Source: an uncultured Gammaproteobacteria bacterium (GTDB taxonomy: Bacteria > Patescibacteriota > Microgenomatia > UBA8517). Taken from it: a DNA stretch of 64,000 nt. The DNA lies in assembly GCA_964583685.1 (NCBI GenBank), contig CAZOVJ010000001.1:4033-68032 (forward strand), written 5' to 3'. The notes beneath the pieces are model-generated. The model made no database searches and had not been told where the DNA came from. It saw only the letters and a program-made list of their open reading frames with translations. This document shows positions 55,912 through 63,540 of the stretch, piece after piece (position 1 is the stretch's first letter; every line of letters begins with the position of its first letter). A program made the translations under genes and the position numbers.

Positions 55912-56781
55912 ATGAAATCTCGCTGGAAATTTATTTTGGCAGGATTAGGCTTGTTTAGTCTTAGTCTCTGGCTGGCTGTTTTTACTCTTCCGGATAAAAA
56001 TCTCCATTTAATAGCCTGCGATGTGGGCCAGGGAGATGCGATTTTGTTAACCCTGGACTCAACTCAAATTTTGATTGATGGAGGACCGAATAACTCGGTT
56101 CTTGATTGTTTAGGAGAAAATATGCCTTTCTGGGACAGAAAAATAGAGTTGGTTGTCCTTTCTCACCCCCAGAAAGACCATTTTATGGGTTTAATAGATG
56201 TTTTTAAGCGATATAAAGTGGATACTGTACTGGCAAGCGGGCTTGATTCTAGCACTCAAGGATATCAAGTGCTAAAAAAGGAGGCAGGGGGTAGTGGGGC
56301 GAGAGTAGTTACTCCAGATATAGGTACGATTCTCAGGTTGGGTTTGATGGAGTTAGAGGTGGTCTGGCCCGCCTTCGCCAAGGCTTCGGCGGGCGGGCCC
56401 AGGGGTTTGGGAACATTTACTTCTAACCAAGACCCGAATGATTTTTCAATTGTTCTTAATTTAAAGCTGGTTGATTTTGATGCCTTGTTCACCGGTGATA
56501 TTGGTCCAAAGGTAACCCCCAAAATTCTTGAGACCGGTAGAATTAGGCATGTAAACTATCTCAAAGTGCCTCATCATGGCTCAAAAAATGGCCTGACAGA
56601 GGAATTACTAGAGCAAAGTAAACCGGAAATAGCCGTCATTTCTGTTGGCAAAAATCAGTGGGGCCACCCTCATCAAGAAGTGTTGGAGATGTTGGCCGAT
56701 TACGGGTTACGGGTTTTTCGGACGGATTTGGATGGAAATGTAGAGATCGTCACCGATGGACAAGATTGGTGGATACCCTAA
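55912..56781 (+). CDS. comEC: ComEC metallo-beta-lactamase domain (C-terminal part of split comEC)
   Basis: LSHPQKDHFMGL and VPHHGSKNG motifs. Contains a family-2 repeat encoding PAFAKASAGGPRG. Confidence 0.7.
   Translation: MKSRWKFILAGLGLFSLSLWLAVFTLPDKNLHLIACDVGQGDAILLTLDSTQILIDGGPNNSVLDCLGENMPFWDRKIELVVLSHPQKDHFMGLIDVFKRYKVDTVLASGLDSSTQGYQVLKKEAGGSGARVVTPDIGTILRLGLMELEVVWPAFAKASAGGPRGLGTFTSNQDPNDFSIVLNLKLVDFDALFTGDIGPKVTPKILETGRIRHVNYLKVPHHGSKNGLTEELLEQSKPEIAVISVGKNQWGHPHQEVLEMLADYGLRVFRTDLDGNVEIVTDGQDWWIP
56367..56400 (+). repeat. family-2 repeat in comEC MBL-domain ORF
   Basis: gcccgccttcgccaaggcttcggcgggcgggccc. Confidence 0.75.
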
Positions 56782-56808
56782 ATTATCTTTTGATATAAAA
56801 TATACTAC

Positions 56809-57765
56809 ATGTCGCATGAAAGAGTTGGAGAAGATATTTTTTCTATTTATCAGGAGGAGACTCTTGGTCATAGGCTACCGACAGAAGGGGAAGAGCGAGA
56901 GTTAGGGGAATATATAAGAGGAAACAAAGAGTATGATCCGGAAGAGTTGGAAGAGAGATTTCAGATGGAAGGTAACCCAGCCCAAATCTTAGCAGCTCAC
57001 TGTTATAGGCTTGCTGCCAATATCGCTAAAAAATATCAAGGATTAGGACTTCCTTATATGGATTTGATACAGGAGGGCAATGTTGGTCTATATAAAGCAG
57101 CTAAAAGATTTGATCCTGGGAAGGGTGTTAGGTTTACTAGTTTCGCGACCCTGTGGATACGTCGGGAGATTTTGCGTGCCCTGGCTAATCGAGGCCGGAT
57201 GATCAGAATTCCAGTTTATATGTTGGCACAACTTAGGGGGATGAAAAAAATAAGGGCATTTCTCAATCAAGAGCTGGGGAGGGAGCCTACCAGAGAGGAA
57301 GTTGCCCTGGAGTTAGCCAGAAGGACATTTGAGAAGAGGGAGGGTCGATCGGTCGGATTTGAAGAAATTGGTGAAGCCGCCAGAAAAAAAGCAAAAAAGA
57401 AGGTTGACCTACTCTCTAAAATAAGCCCTAGGCCATTGAGCCTTCAGCAACCAATTAATCCAGGAGATGAAGATAGTGACCTTCAGATTGATTTTATTAA
57501 GGACCAGGCACCTCAACCTGAAAGTGTTCTCTCAGAAGATAGTGAGCTTAAAGAATGCATTGCCGCCACCTTGTCTCAATTGACTCCCAGGCAAGAAAGG
57601 ATAATTAGACTGCGATTTGGTATTGACGATGGTAGAGAGCGCACACGGGAGGAAATTGCTAGAATGTTTGGTTTAAGCAGGCAGCGGATAGAGCAGATCG
57701 AAAAGGTGGCCCTTAAAAGACTTCGTCACCCGGCAAGGTCGAGGAAATTAAAACCTTTTCTTTAG
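56809..57765 (+). CDS. RNA polymerase sigma-70 family factor (primary-sigma-like, short)
   Basis: Region 2 (DLIQEGNVGLYKAAKRFDPGKGVRFTSFATLWIRREI) and region 4 HTH (TREEIARMFGLSRQRIEQIEKVALKRLRH). Confidence 0.8.
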   Translation: MSHERVGEDIFSIYQEETLGHRLPTEGEERELGEYIRGNKEYDPEELEERFQMEGNPAQILAAHCYRLAANIAKKYQGLGLPYMDLIQEGNVGLYKAAKRFDPGKGVRFTSFATLWIRREILRALANRGRMIRIPVYMLAQLRGMKKIRAFLNQELGREPTREEVALELARRTFEKREGRSVGFEEIGEAARKKAKKKVDLLSKISPRPLSLQQPINPGDEDSDLQIDFIKDQAPQPESVLSEDSELKECIAATLSQLTPRQERIIRLRFGIDDGRERTREEIARMFGLSRQRIEQIEKVALKRLRHPARSRKLKPFL

Positions 57766-57800
57766 GACTAGTTTTAAAGAAAAAGTGATACAATGGGTCA

Positions 57801-59693
57801 GTGAAGAGAGATATTATTGTTGATGCTCTAAAAGCTGCCTCTGGAGAAAAAGAAATTAATCTTGAATTTCCCGAGAATCAGGCTCATGGAGATTATGCAA
57901 CTAATGTTGCATTGAAAATCAAAAATCAAAAATCAAAAATCAAAAGTACAAATCAAAGATTAAAACTAAAAGAATCCAGAAGTTCAAGAGAATTAGCGGA
58001 GGAAATAGCGGGCAAACTGCGAAAAGATAAGGATTTGCAGGGGATTGTTGCCAAGATAGAGGTGGCTGGGCCTGGTTTTATTAATTTCTTTTTGTCTAAA
58101 AAAGTTCTCATTGACAATCTTCAGACAGTGGTTGAGAAAGGAGAGAAATATGGCAGTTCCAATCTGGGTCAAGGCAAGACAGTGATTATTGATTATTCTT
58201 CACCAAATATTGCAAAGTATTTCGCCATAGGTCATTTACGCTCGACAATCATCGGCCAAGCGCTCTATAACATTTATGGTTTTCTTGGCTATAAGATGAT
58301 TGGCGAGAATCATTTGGGAGATTGGGGAACGCAATTTGGCATGCTTATTGCCCAGGTTGTTAGGAAAAACTTGGATATTGAGAAACTTAAAATTGCGGAC
58401 CTGGAAAGACTTTATGTTGAATTTAACCAAGCGGTTGAGAAAAGACCTGAGCTGGCTGAAAATGCAAGAGTTTGGTTTAAGAAGCTGGAGCAGGGTGACA
58501 AGGAAGCCCGAAAGATTTGGCAGGCCGCAGTTGAAATTTCTTCAAAAGAATTTAAGAGAATTTATAAACTGTTGGGGGTTGAAATTGAGAATTGGCATGG
58601 TGAAAGTTTTTATGAGAATAAGACCCAGGTAGTAATCAAGGAGGTTAGGGAAAAGGGCTTGTCCAAGAAAAGCCAGGAAGCTGAAATTATTGAATTTGAT
58701 CGCCCCGCAGTTGACGGGGCAGGCCCACCTTCGCCAAGGCTACGGCGGACAGGCCTGCCGGCAGTAATGTTGCTCAAGAGCGATGGAGCGACCACCTATT
58801 TTACTCGTGATTTGGCGGCCTTGAAATTTAGAATTAAGACCTGGAAGCCGGAGATTATTATCTATGAAGTTGGGGCAGACCAAAAGCTTCATTTTCAACA
58901 ACTATTTAGAATCGCGGATTTGTTGGGTTGGGTTAAGGGAAGAAAATTTGTTCATATTGCTCATGGTTTGATACGTTTTGAGCATGGCAAAATGTCCACC
59001 AGGCGGGGCCAGACAGTTAAATTAGAGAAGGTTCTGGTAGAAGCAATCCAAAGAGCGAGAAAAATCATTGAGGAATCAGGAACAGGCAGTGGCCTGCCTC
59101 GCCGAGTCAAGGCGGGCCTGTCGGAAAAAGAAAAGGAGAGAATTAGCAGGATGGTGGGTATCGGAGCAATTAAATATTTTGATTTGTCCCATCATTATTC
59201 TTCGGACATCATTTTTGATTGGGAAAAGCTTTTTGTTCTGACCGGAAATTCCGGGCCATATTTACAATACACCTGCGCTAGAACACAAAGTGTTCTAGCT
59301 AAAATCAAAAACCTGCCCGTCCGGCAGGCGGGTCAAAAATCAAAAATCAAAACTACAGATGAAAAATCAAATAATAAAAACAGTTTTGATGATTGGGATT
59401 TAGAAATTAACGACGAAGAATCTTTGCTTCTGAGGAGTTTAGGCCAATTTCCCGAAATAATCATTGATGTCGCCAAAAATTACTCACCCAACCTTTTATG
59501 CAACTATCTTTTTGAGCTGGCCCAAAAATATAATACCTTTTATGAGCGTCATCGGATCCTTAACGCTAAAGCAAAAAATAAAGAACAAAGTGCCCAGTTA
59601 AAAAAATTGAGAATCGCTATCACTATGGCTGTTAGCCAGGTTCTTAAAAACGGCCTAACTCTTCTGGGGATAGAGTCTCCGGAGAGAATGTAG
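57801..59693 (+). CDS. argS: arginyl-tRNA synthetase, GTG start, carrying four in-frame repeat insertions
   Basis: HIGH-region IGHLRSTIIG. C-terminal anticodon-binding DALYS-type domain. 630 aa. Inserts at 57915-57960, 58717-58764, 59091-59124 and 59301-59385. Confidence 0.9.
   Translation: MKRDIIVDALKAASGEKEINLEFPENQAHGDYATNVALKIKNQKSKIKSTNQRLKLKESRSSRELAEEIAGKLRKDKDLQGIVAKIEVAGPGFINFFLSKKVLIDNLQTVVEKGEKYGSSNLGQGKTVIIDYSSPNIAKYFAIGHLRSTIIGQALYNIYGFLGYKMIGENHLGDWGTQFGMLIAQVVRKNLDIEKLKIADLERLYVEFNQAVEKRPELAENARVWFKKLEQGDKEARKIWQAAVEISSKEFKRIYKLLGVEIENWHGESFYENKTQVVIKEVREKGLSKKSQEAEIIEFDRPAVDGAGPPSPRLRRTGLPAVMLLKSDGATTYFTRDLAALKFRIKTWKPEIIIYEVGADQKLHFQQLFRIADLLGWVKGRKFVHIAHGLIRFEHGKMSTRRGQTVKLEKVLVEAIQRARKIIEESGTGSGLPRRVKAGLSEKEKERISRMVGIGAIKYFDLSHHYSSDIIFDWEKLFVLTGNSGPYLQYTCARTQSVLAKIKNLPVRQAGQKSKIKTTDEKSNNKNSFDDWDLEINDEESLLLRSLGQFPEIIIDVAKNYSPNLLCNYLFELAQKYNTFYERHRILNAKAKNKEQSAQLKKLRIAITMAVSQVLKNGLTLLGIESPERM
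57915..57960 (+). repeat. family-1 A-rich hexamer tract (AAAATC x4...) in frame in argS
   Basis: Encodes KIKNQKSKIKSTNQ. Confidence 0.6.
59301..59385 (+). repeat. family-1 element (AAAATCAAAAA + cctgcccgtccggcaggcggg palindrome + AAAATC tracts) in frame in argS
   Basis: Encodes KIKNLPVRQAGQKSKIKTTDEKSNNKN. Confidence 0.6.
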
Positions 59694-59726
59694 ATTGAGA
59701 CCTACCGTGATAAAATAAATGAATTT

Positions 59727-61007
59727 ATGAAGCATAAATTGATAACTTTAGAGAATGATTTGCGGCTAATTGTTGCCCCAATTCCCAGTTTGGCCTCAGC
59801 CACCATTACTGTTTGGGTTGGTACTGGCTCAAGGTTTGAAGCTCCAAGAACCAGTGGACTTAGTCACTTTTTGGAGCACATGGTTTTCAAAGGCAGTCAA
59901 AAGAGGCCTTCGGCCAAGCTGATTGCCCAGGCCGTTGATGCGATTGGAGGAGAGTTTAATGCTGGTACAACCAAAGAATGGACCAATTTTTATATCAAAG
60001 TTCGCAATCAAAGGCTTGGACTAGCCTTTGATGTTCTTTCCGATATGGTCCTCAACCCTCTTTTGAAAAAGGAGGATATCGAACGGGAAAAGGGAGTTAT
60101 TGTTGAGGAAATCGCCATGTGTGAGGATACTCCGGCCATGAGAATTGGCCATGTTTTTGAACAAGTAATTTTTCAGGGAACTTCTTTGGCAAGAGATATT
60201 ATTGGTACGGCCAAGACAGTCAAGGGGATGAAGAGAGTGGATTTTCAACGATATAGAAAGAGATATTATTATCCTGAGAATATTGTTCTTACTGTATCCG
60301 GAGGCATTGTTGAAAAAGATGCGTTAAAACTGGCTAAAAAGTATTTTGGGGAAATTAAGCTCGGGGCTAAATCTCAAGTAGGAGAGACAGGCTTTCAGTC
60401 GAGCCAAAAAAAGCCGAGATTTAAACTTTATCCTAAGAAAAAGGAACAGGCCCATTTTATTTTGGGATTTTTGGCTAGTCCCAGGGGTCACAGGGATAGA
60501 TATATTGAGGCTGTGCTTGCCACTATTTTGGGAGGAGGAATGAGCTCACGGCTTTTTAGCGAGATTAGAGAGAAACGGGGATTGGCTTATGCTGTTAAGA
60601 CAGGCGTGGATTCATATCGGGATACCGGTTATCTGGCCACTTATGCAGGTGTTGACCCGAAAAGGATTGAGGAAGCGGTCAAGGTTATGCTTGAAGAGCA
60701 CTCTAAAATCTCCCGCTCCGCGGGAAAAAATCAGGAGTTAAAAAAAGCGAAGGAGTATGTTAAGGGACATTTGGCTCTAGTCCTGGAAGATACCAAGAGT
60801 GTGAATGAGTTTTTTGGTATAGAAGAGCTTCTTTTAGGCAAGACCAGGACTCCGGAGCAAGTTTTTCAAGCGATTGACAAGGTGACGATTCAAGATGTGA
60901 TTCGGGTAGCCAAAAAGTTATTCGTGCCTGAAAAGCTTAATCTGACGATAATCGGACCTTACAGGGCATCTGTCCGTTTTGAGCGGCTCATTTCCAGTTT
61001 CCATTGA
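59727..61007 (+). CDS. M16-family (pitrilysin-like) zinc peptidase
   Basis: Inverted zinc motif HFLEHMVFKGS near the N-terminus. 426 aa. Contains a family-1 insert at 60705-60733. Confidence 0.8.
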   Translation: MKHKLITLENDLRLIVAPIPSLASATITVWVGTGSRFEAPRTSGLSHFLEHMVFKGSQKRPSAKLIAQAVDAIGGEFNAGTTKEWTNFYIKVRNQRLGLAFDVLSDMVLNPLLKKEDIEREKGVIVEEIAMCEDTPAMRIGHVFEQVIFQGTSLARDIIGTAKTVKGMKRVDFQRYRKRYYYPENIVLTVSGGIVEKDALKLAKKYFGEIKLGAKSQVGETGFQSSQKKPRFKLYPKKKEQAHFILGFLASPRGHRDRYIEAVLATILGGGMSSRLFSEIREKRGLAYAVKTGVDSYRDTGYLATYAGVDPKRIEEAVKVMLEEHSKISRSAGKNQELKKAKEYVKGHLALVLEDTKSVNEFFGIEELLLGKTRTPEQVFQAIDKVTIQDVIRVAKKLFVPEKLNLTIIGPYRASVRFERLISSFH

Positions 61008-61010
61008 TTA

Positions 61011-61056
61011 TTAGTCGGGGACCCGGGAGTCGAACCCGGAATCTGTCCGCAAAAAA
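61011..61056 (-). other. tRNA 3'-half-like fragment (anticodon-stem 3' arm, T-arm, acceptor 3' strand) with no adjacent 5' half
   Basis: Minus strand reads gcggac-agatt-ccgggTTCGACTcccgg-gtccccg-a. T-loop is canonical. Confidence 0.5.
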
Positions 61057-61132
61057 TGGTCGGAGCGGGCGGACTCGAACCGCCGACCTCGTCGTCCCGA
61101 ACGACGCGCGCTGCCATCTGCGCTACGCTCCG
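61057..61132 (-). tRNA. tRNA-Pro (anticodon CGG), CCA encoded
   Basis: Minus strand reads cggagcgTAgcgcagatggcagcgcGcgtcgTTCGGGAcgacgaggtcggcggTTCGAGTccgcccgctccgACCA. Perfect 7-bp acceptor, 76 nt. Confidence 0.85.
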
Positions 61133-61171
61133 ATGTTTAGGCGGACCGCTCTACCATTGAGCCAGTCCCTG
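61133..61171 (-). other. tRNA 5'-half-like fragment (acceptor 5' strand, complete D-arm, anticodon-stem 5' arm) abutting tRNA-Pro
   Basis: Minus strand reads cagggac-tg-gctc-aatggta-gagc-g-gtccg-cctaaacat. The gtccg arm is complementary to the cggac in the 61011-61056 fragment. Confidence 0.45.
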
Positions 61172-61189
61172 TAATATTTATTTTAGCAA

Positions 61190-61957
61190 ATGTTAGGCAA
61201 ATTATATATAGTCGCCACTCCAATAGGGAATTTGGCAGATATTAGTCAAAGAGCCCTGGGAATTTTGCGAAAAGTTGATTTGATTTTGGCTGAGGATACC
61301 AGGGTTGTTAAAAAACTTTTGACAAATTACAAAATAAAAAAGACTCTTACTAGCTACCATCAGCATAGTTCTATATCTAAAAAGGAGGGTATTTTAACAC
61401 ATCTTGTCAAGGGCAAAATTTTGGCTTTGGTGAGCGATGCTGGAACCCCGGGGATTTCTGATCCAGGTAATGAATTAATAGATTTCTTACTGGCCAGAGA
61501 GCCGAAGATAAGGATTATCCCGATTCCAGGAGCTTCAGCCTTGACTGCCGCCTTGTCGGTTTGCGGATTTAATATATCAAAATATATATTTCTAGGTTTT
61601 CTAGTCAAAAGAAAACGCCAGAAACTTTTTCAATGGCTGGCTGAAAGTAAGTTAACCTTTGTCTTTTTCGATTCACCAAAGCGGATTTTGAAGACACTTG
61701 AGAGTTTGATAGAGTTTTTTGGTGGCCAGAGGCGGGCCCGCCTCGACTCGCCGTCTTCGGCGAGGCGGGTCTTTGTCGGCCGAGAGATGACCAAGATGCA
61801 CGAAACTTTATATCGGGGGAGTTTGGAAGAGGTAAAGAAGCAATTGGAGCAGGAGAAAAAGATTAGAGGGGAAATAGTGGTGGTGGTGGAAGGGGGTGCC
61901 CTCAGTAGGAATCGAACCTGCATCTCCCCTTTAGGAGAGGGGTGCTCTATCCGTTGA
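61190..61957 (+). CDS. rsmI: 16S rRNA 2'-O-ribose C1402 methyltransferase RsmI
   Basis: N-terminal LYIVATPIGNLADISQRALGILRKVDLILAEDTRVVKKLL tetrapyrrole-methylase-fold signature. 3' ~60 nt overlap the antisense tRNA-Arg. Contains a family-2 insert (RRARLDSPSSARRV). Confidence 0.8.
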   Translation: MLGKLYIVATPIGNLADISQRALGILRKVDLILAEDTRVVKKLLTNYKIKKTLTSYHQHSSISKKEGILTHLVKGKILALVSDAGTPGISDPGNELIDFLLAREPKIRIIPIPGASALTAALSVCGFNISKYIFLGFLVKRKRQKLFQWLAESKLTFVFFDSPKRILKTLESLIEFFGGQRRARLDSPSSARRVFVGREMTKMHETLYRGSLEEVKKQLEQEKKIRGEIVVVVEGGALSRNRTCISPLGEGCSIR

Positions 61958-61968
61958 GCTATGAGGGC
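61896..61968 (-). tRNA. tRNA-Arg (anticodon CCT)
   Basis: Minus strand reads gccctcaTAgctcaacggatagagcAccccTCTCCTAAaggggagatgcaggTTCGATTcctactgagggcA. Perfect acceptor stem, one T-stem mismatch. Confidence 0.75.
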
Positions 61969-62029
61969 CTGCCCGCCATGCTATGCAAGGCGTTGCGGGA
62001 GGACCTGCCTTGATATTATAACAGATTTC

Positions 62030-62057
62030 AAGAAAACCCCGAATTGAAAATTCGGGG
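62030..62057 (-). terminator. rho-independent terminator for minus-strand transcription from the 62144-63391 gene
   Basis: ccccgaattgaaaattcgggg hairpin followed on the minus strand by TTTTC. A second long imperfect inverted repeat lies at 62075-62126. Confidence 0.5.
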
Positions 62058-62143
62058 ATGAATTGAACCTGATATGTCATCCTCCTTTAGAGGAAACTCC
62101 GCACTTTTAGTGCGGAGAGGATGTCATAGCAAATTTCAGGTTT

Positions 62144-63391
62144 TTATTTCAGACTGAGGAAGTAAAGATTGGGTGGGGCTGAATTGGCTCCCAGATTGGT
62201 CAAAATTAGCAATTTTGAGCCGTTGGCAAAGGGGTAAGCATGGGGAGCAACATAAGAACCTGAATATATTGCTTGAAGATTGGTGGCGTCGTAATCTGAA
62301 ATCATAATCTTATCTTTTTTAGGAAGAATGAGGTGCCGGGAGGTTGGAAACCAATAAACAACCTGGTCAGCATCGCTAACCCCAAAATTGCGGTCTTCTT
62401 TGGTATCATAAACATATTTTTTACCTGGTTTTATATTTCTTTTTTGTTTTTGAGTAGAGGAACCGGGCAGAGGTTTAATGAGACCTTCAGGCAGGAAAGC
62501 ACTGGCCGAGGCAGTATAGAGGATTTTTTTTTCGTCTGGCGAAAACTGAATATTACTGGCTTTTCGCTTGAAGATATCTTCCAGTTCGTCGGGAAGTTTA
62601 GCTAGTTGGGCCTGGAGGCGCTTTTCTTTCTTTTTATTCCATTCTGACAAGATTTTGTCTACCTGATTAGTGATGTTTACCCTTTGATTTTGAGGAGTGA
62701 AGTCTCCAGTTTTCAGGAGGAAGACGCCCGCCTGCGCCAAGGCTTCGGCGGGCAGACCCAGCCTGTCGGCGGACAGGCCCGCCCCGGTGGTTAAAAGAAT
62801 TTCTCTGGAATCCGGAGACCATTCCCAGTTGGCTCCGGAGAGGTCGCCATCAGTTATTTGTCGCGGTTCTTTTCGAAAACCAATTGGCAAATCCACCAGT
62901 TCAGTAAGCCAGAGTCCCGCCTTATCGGCGGGCAGACCCAGCCTGTCGGCGGGCAGGCCCGCATTGCTATTAACAACTACAGCATAGGCAATTTTACTGA
63001 GATCCGGAGATATTTGAGGGTTGAACACGCCAGAGAAGGTTAAGGCCGAAAGGGAGGGTGCAGCTGGGAAAAGGACGACATCTATTTGGGTGACAATTTC
63101 CTTTTCAATTACCAATCTTTTTTGCCAGGGTAGGAAACCCTCTTTTTTGATGAGAACATCATAGGTTCTTGGAGAGAGAGAAATTGTATTGTTGGTAGCG
63201 GTTTTCAGTTCACCATTGATAAATACTTGGGCGCCGTTGGGATCAGAATTGGCAACCAAAAGCCCGTTTGGCATTAGACGGAAGGTGTTCGTGTCCAGTC
63301 TATAGCCCCGAACATAGAGTGAAGCGGCAATGGCCAAAGCAAGTATGATAAATAGGCTAAAGAAAAAAATTCCGACACGGACTTTGGTCAT
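62144..63391 (-). CDS. membrane-anchored PEGA-domain / beta-propeller-like hypothetical protein with two in-frame repeat insertions
   Basis: PEGA-like VFINGELKTATNNTISLSPRTYDVLIKKEGFLPWQ. Family-2 repeats at 62725-62788 and 62915-62962 encode AGLPADRLGLPADKAGL and GAGLSADRLGLPAEALAQAG. Confidence 0.55.
   Translation of the reverse strand: MTKVRVGIFFFSLFIILALAIAASLYVRGYRLDTNTFRLMPNGLLVANSDPNGAQVFINGELKTATNNTISLSPRTYDVLIKKEGFLPWQKRLVIEKEIVTQIDVVLFPAAPSLSALTFSGVFNPQISPDLSKIAYAVVVNSNAGLPADRLGLPADKAGLWLTELVDLPIGFRKEPRQITDGDLSGANWEWSPDSREILLTTGAGLSADRLGLPAEALAQAGVFLLKTGDFTPQNQRVNITNQVDKILSEWNKKKEKRLQAQLAKLPDELEDIFKRKASNIQFSPDEKKILYTASASAFLPEGLIKPLPGSSTQKQKRNIKPGKKYVYDTKEDRNFGVSDADQVVYWFPTSRHLILPKKDKIMISDYDATNLQAIYSGSYVAPHAYPFANGSKLLILTNLGANSAPPNLYFLSLK
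62725..62788 (-). repeat. family-2 repeat (double unit) inside the PEGA-protein gene
   Basis: cgcccgcctgcgccaaggcttcggcgggcagacccagcctgtcggcggacaggcccgcccc. Confidence 0.7.
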
Positions 63392-63540
63392 ATGCCAATT
63401 ATACTACTTTTCCTCTTGTTGACTACCAGACTTCTCAATATAATGGCAAAAGAGATAGGAATGAAGAAGTATATCTTATTATTAACAAAATATATTATAC
63501 AATATCATCTAAATTCAAAAGTTAGAGAAATTTCAAATTT

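Noticed and set aside
57895-59390. Possible CRISPR array suggested by the regular AAAATCAAAAATC periodicity
   Set aside because: Period is 6 nt with no unique spacers and no 28-37-nt repeat. The tracts are in frame inside argS, and leuS likewise. No cas genes in the window. These are micro-repeat elements, not CRISPR.
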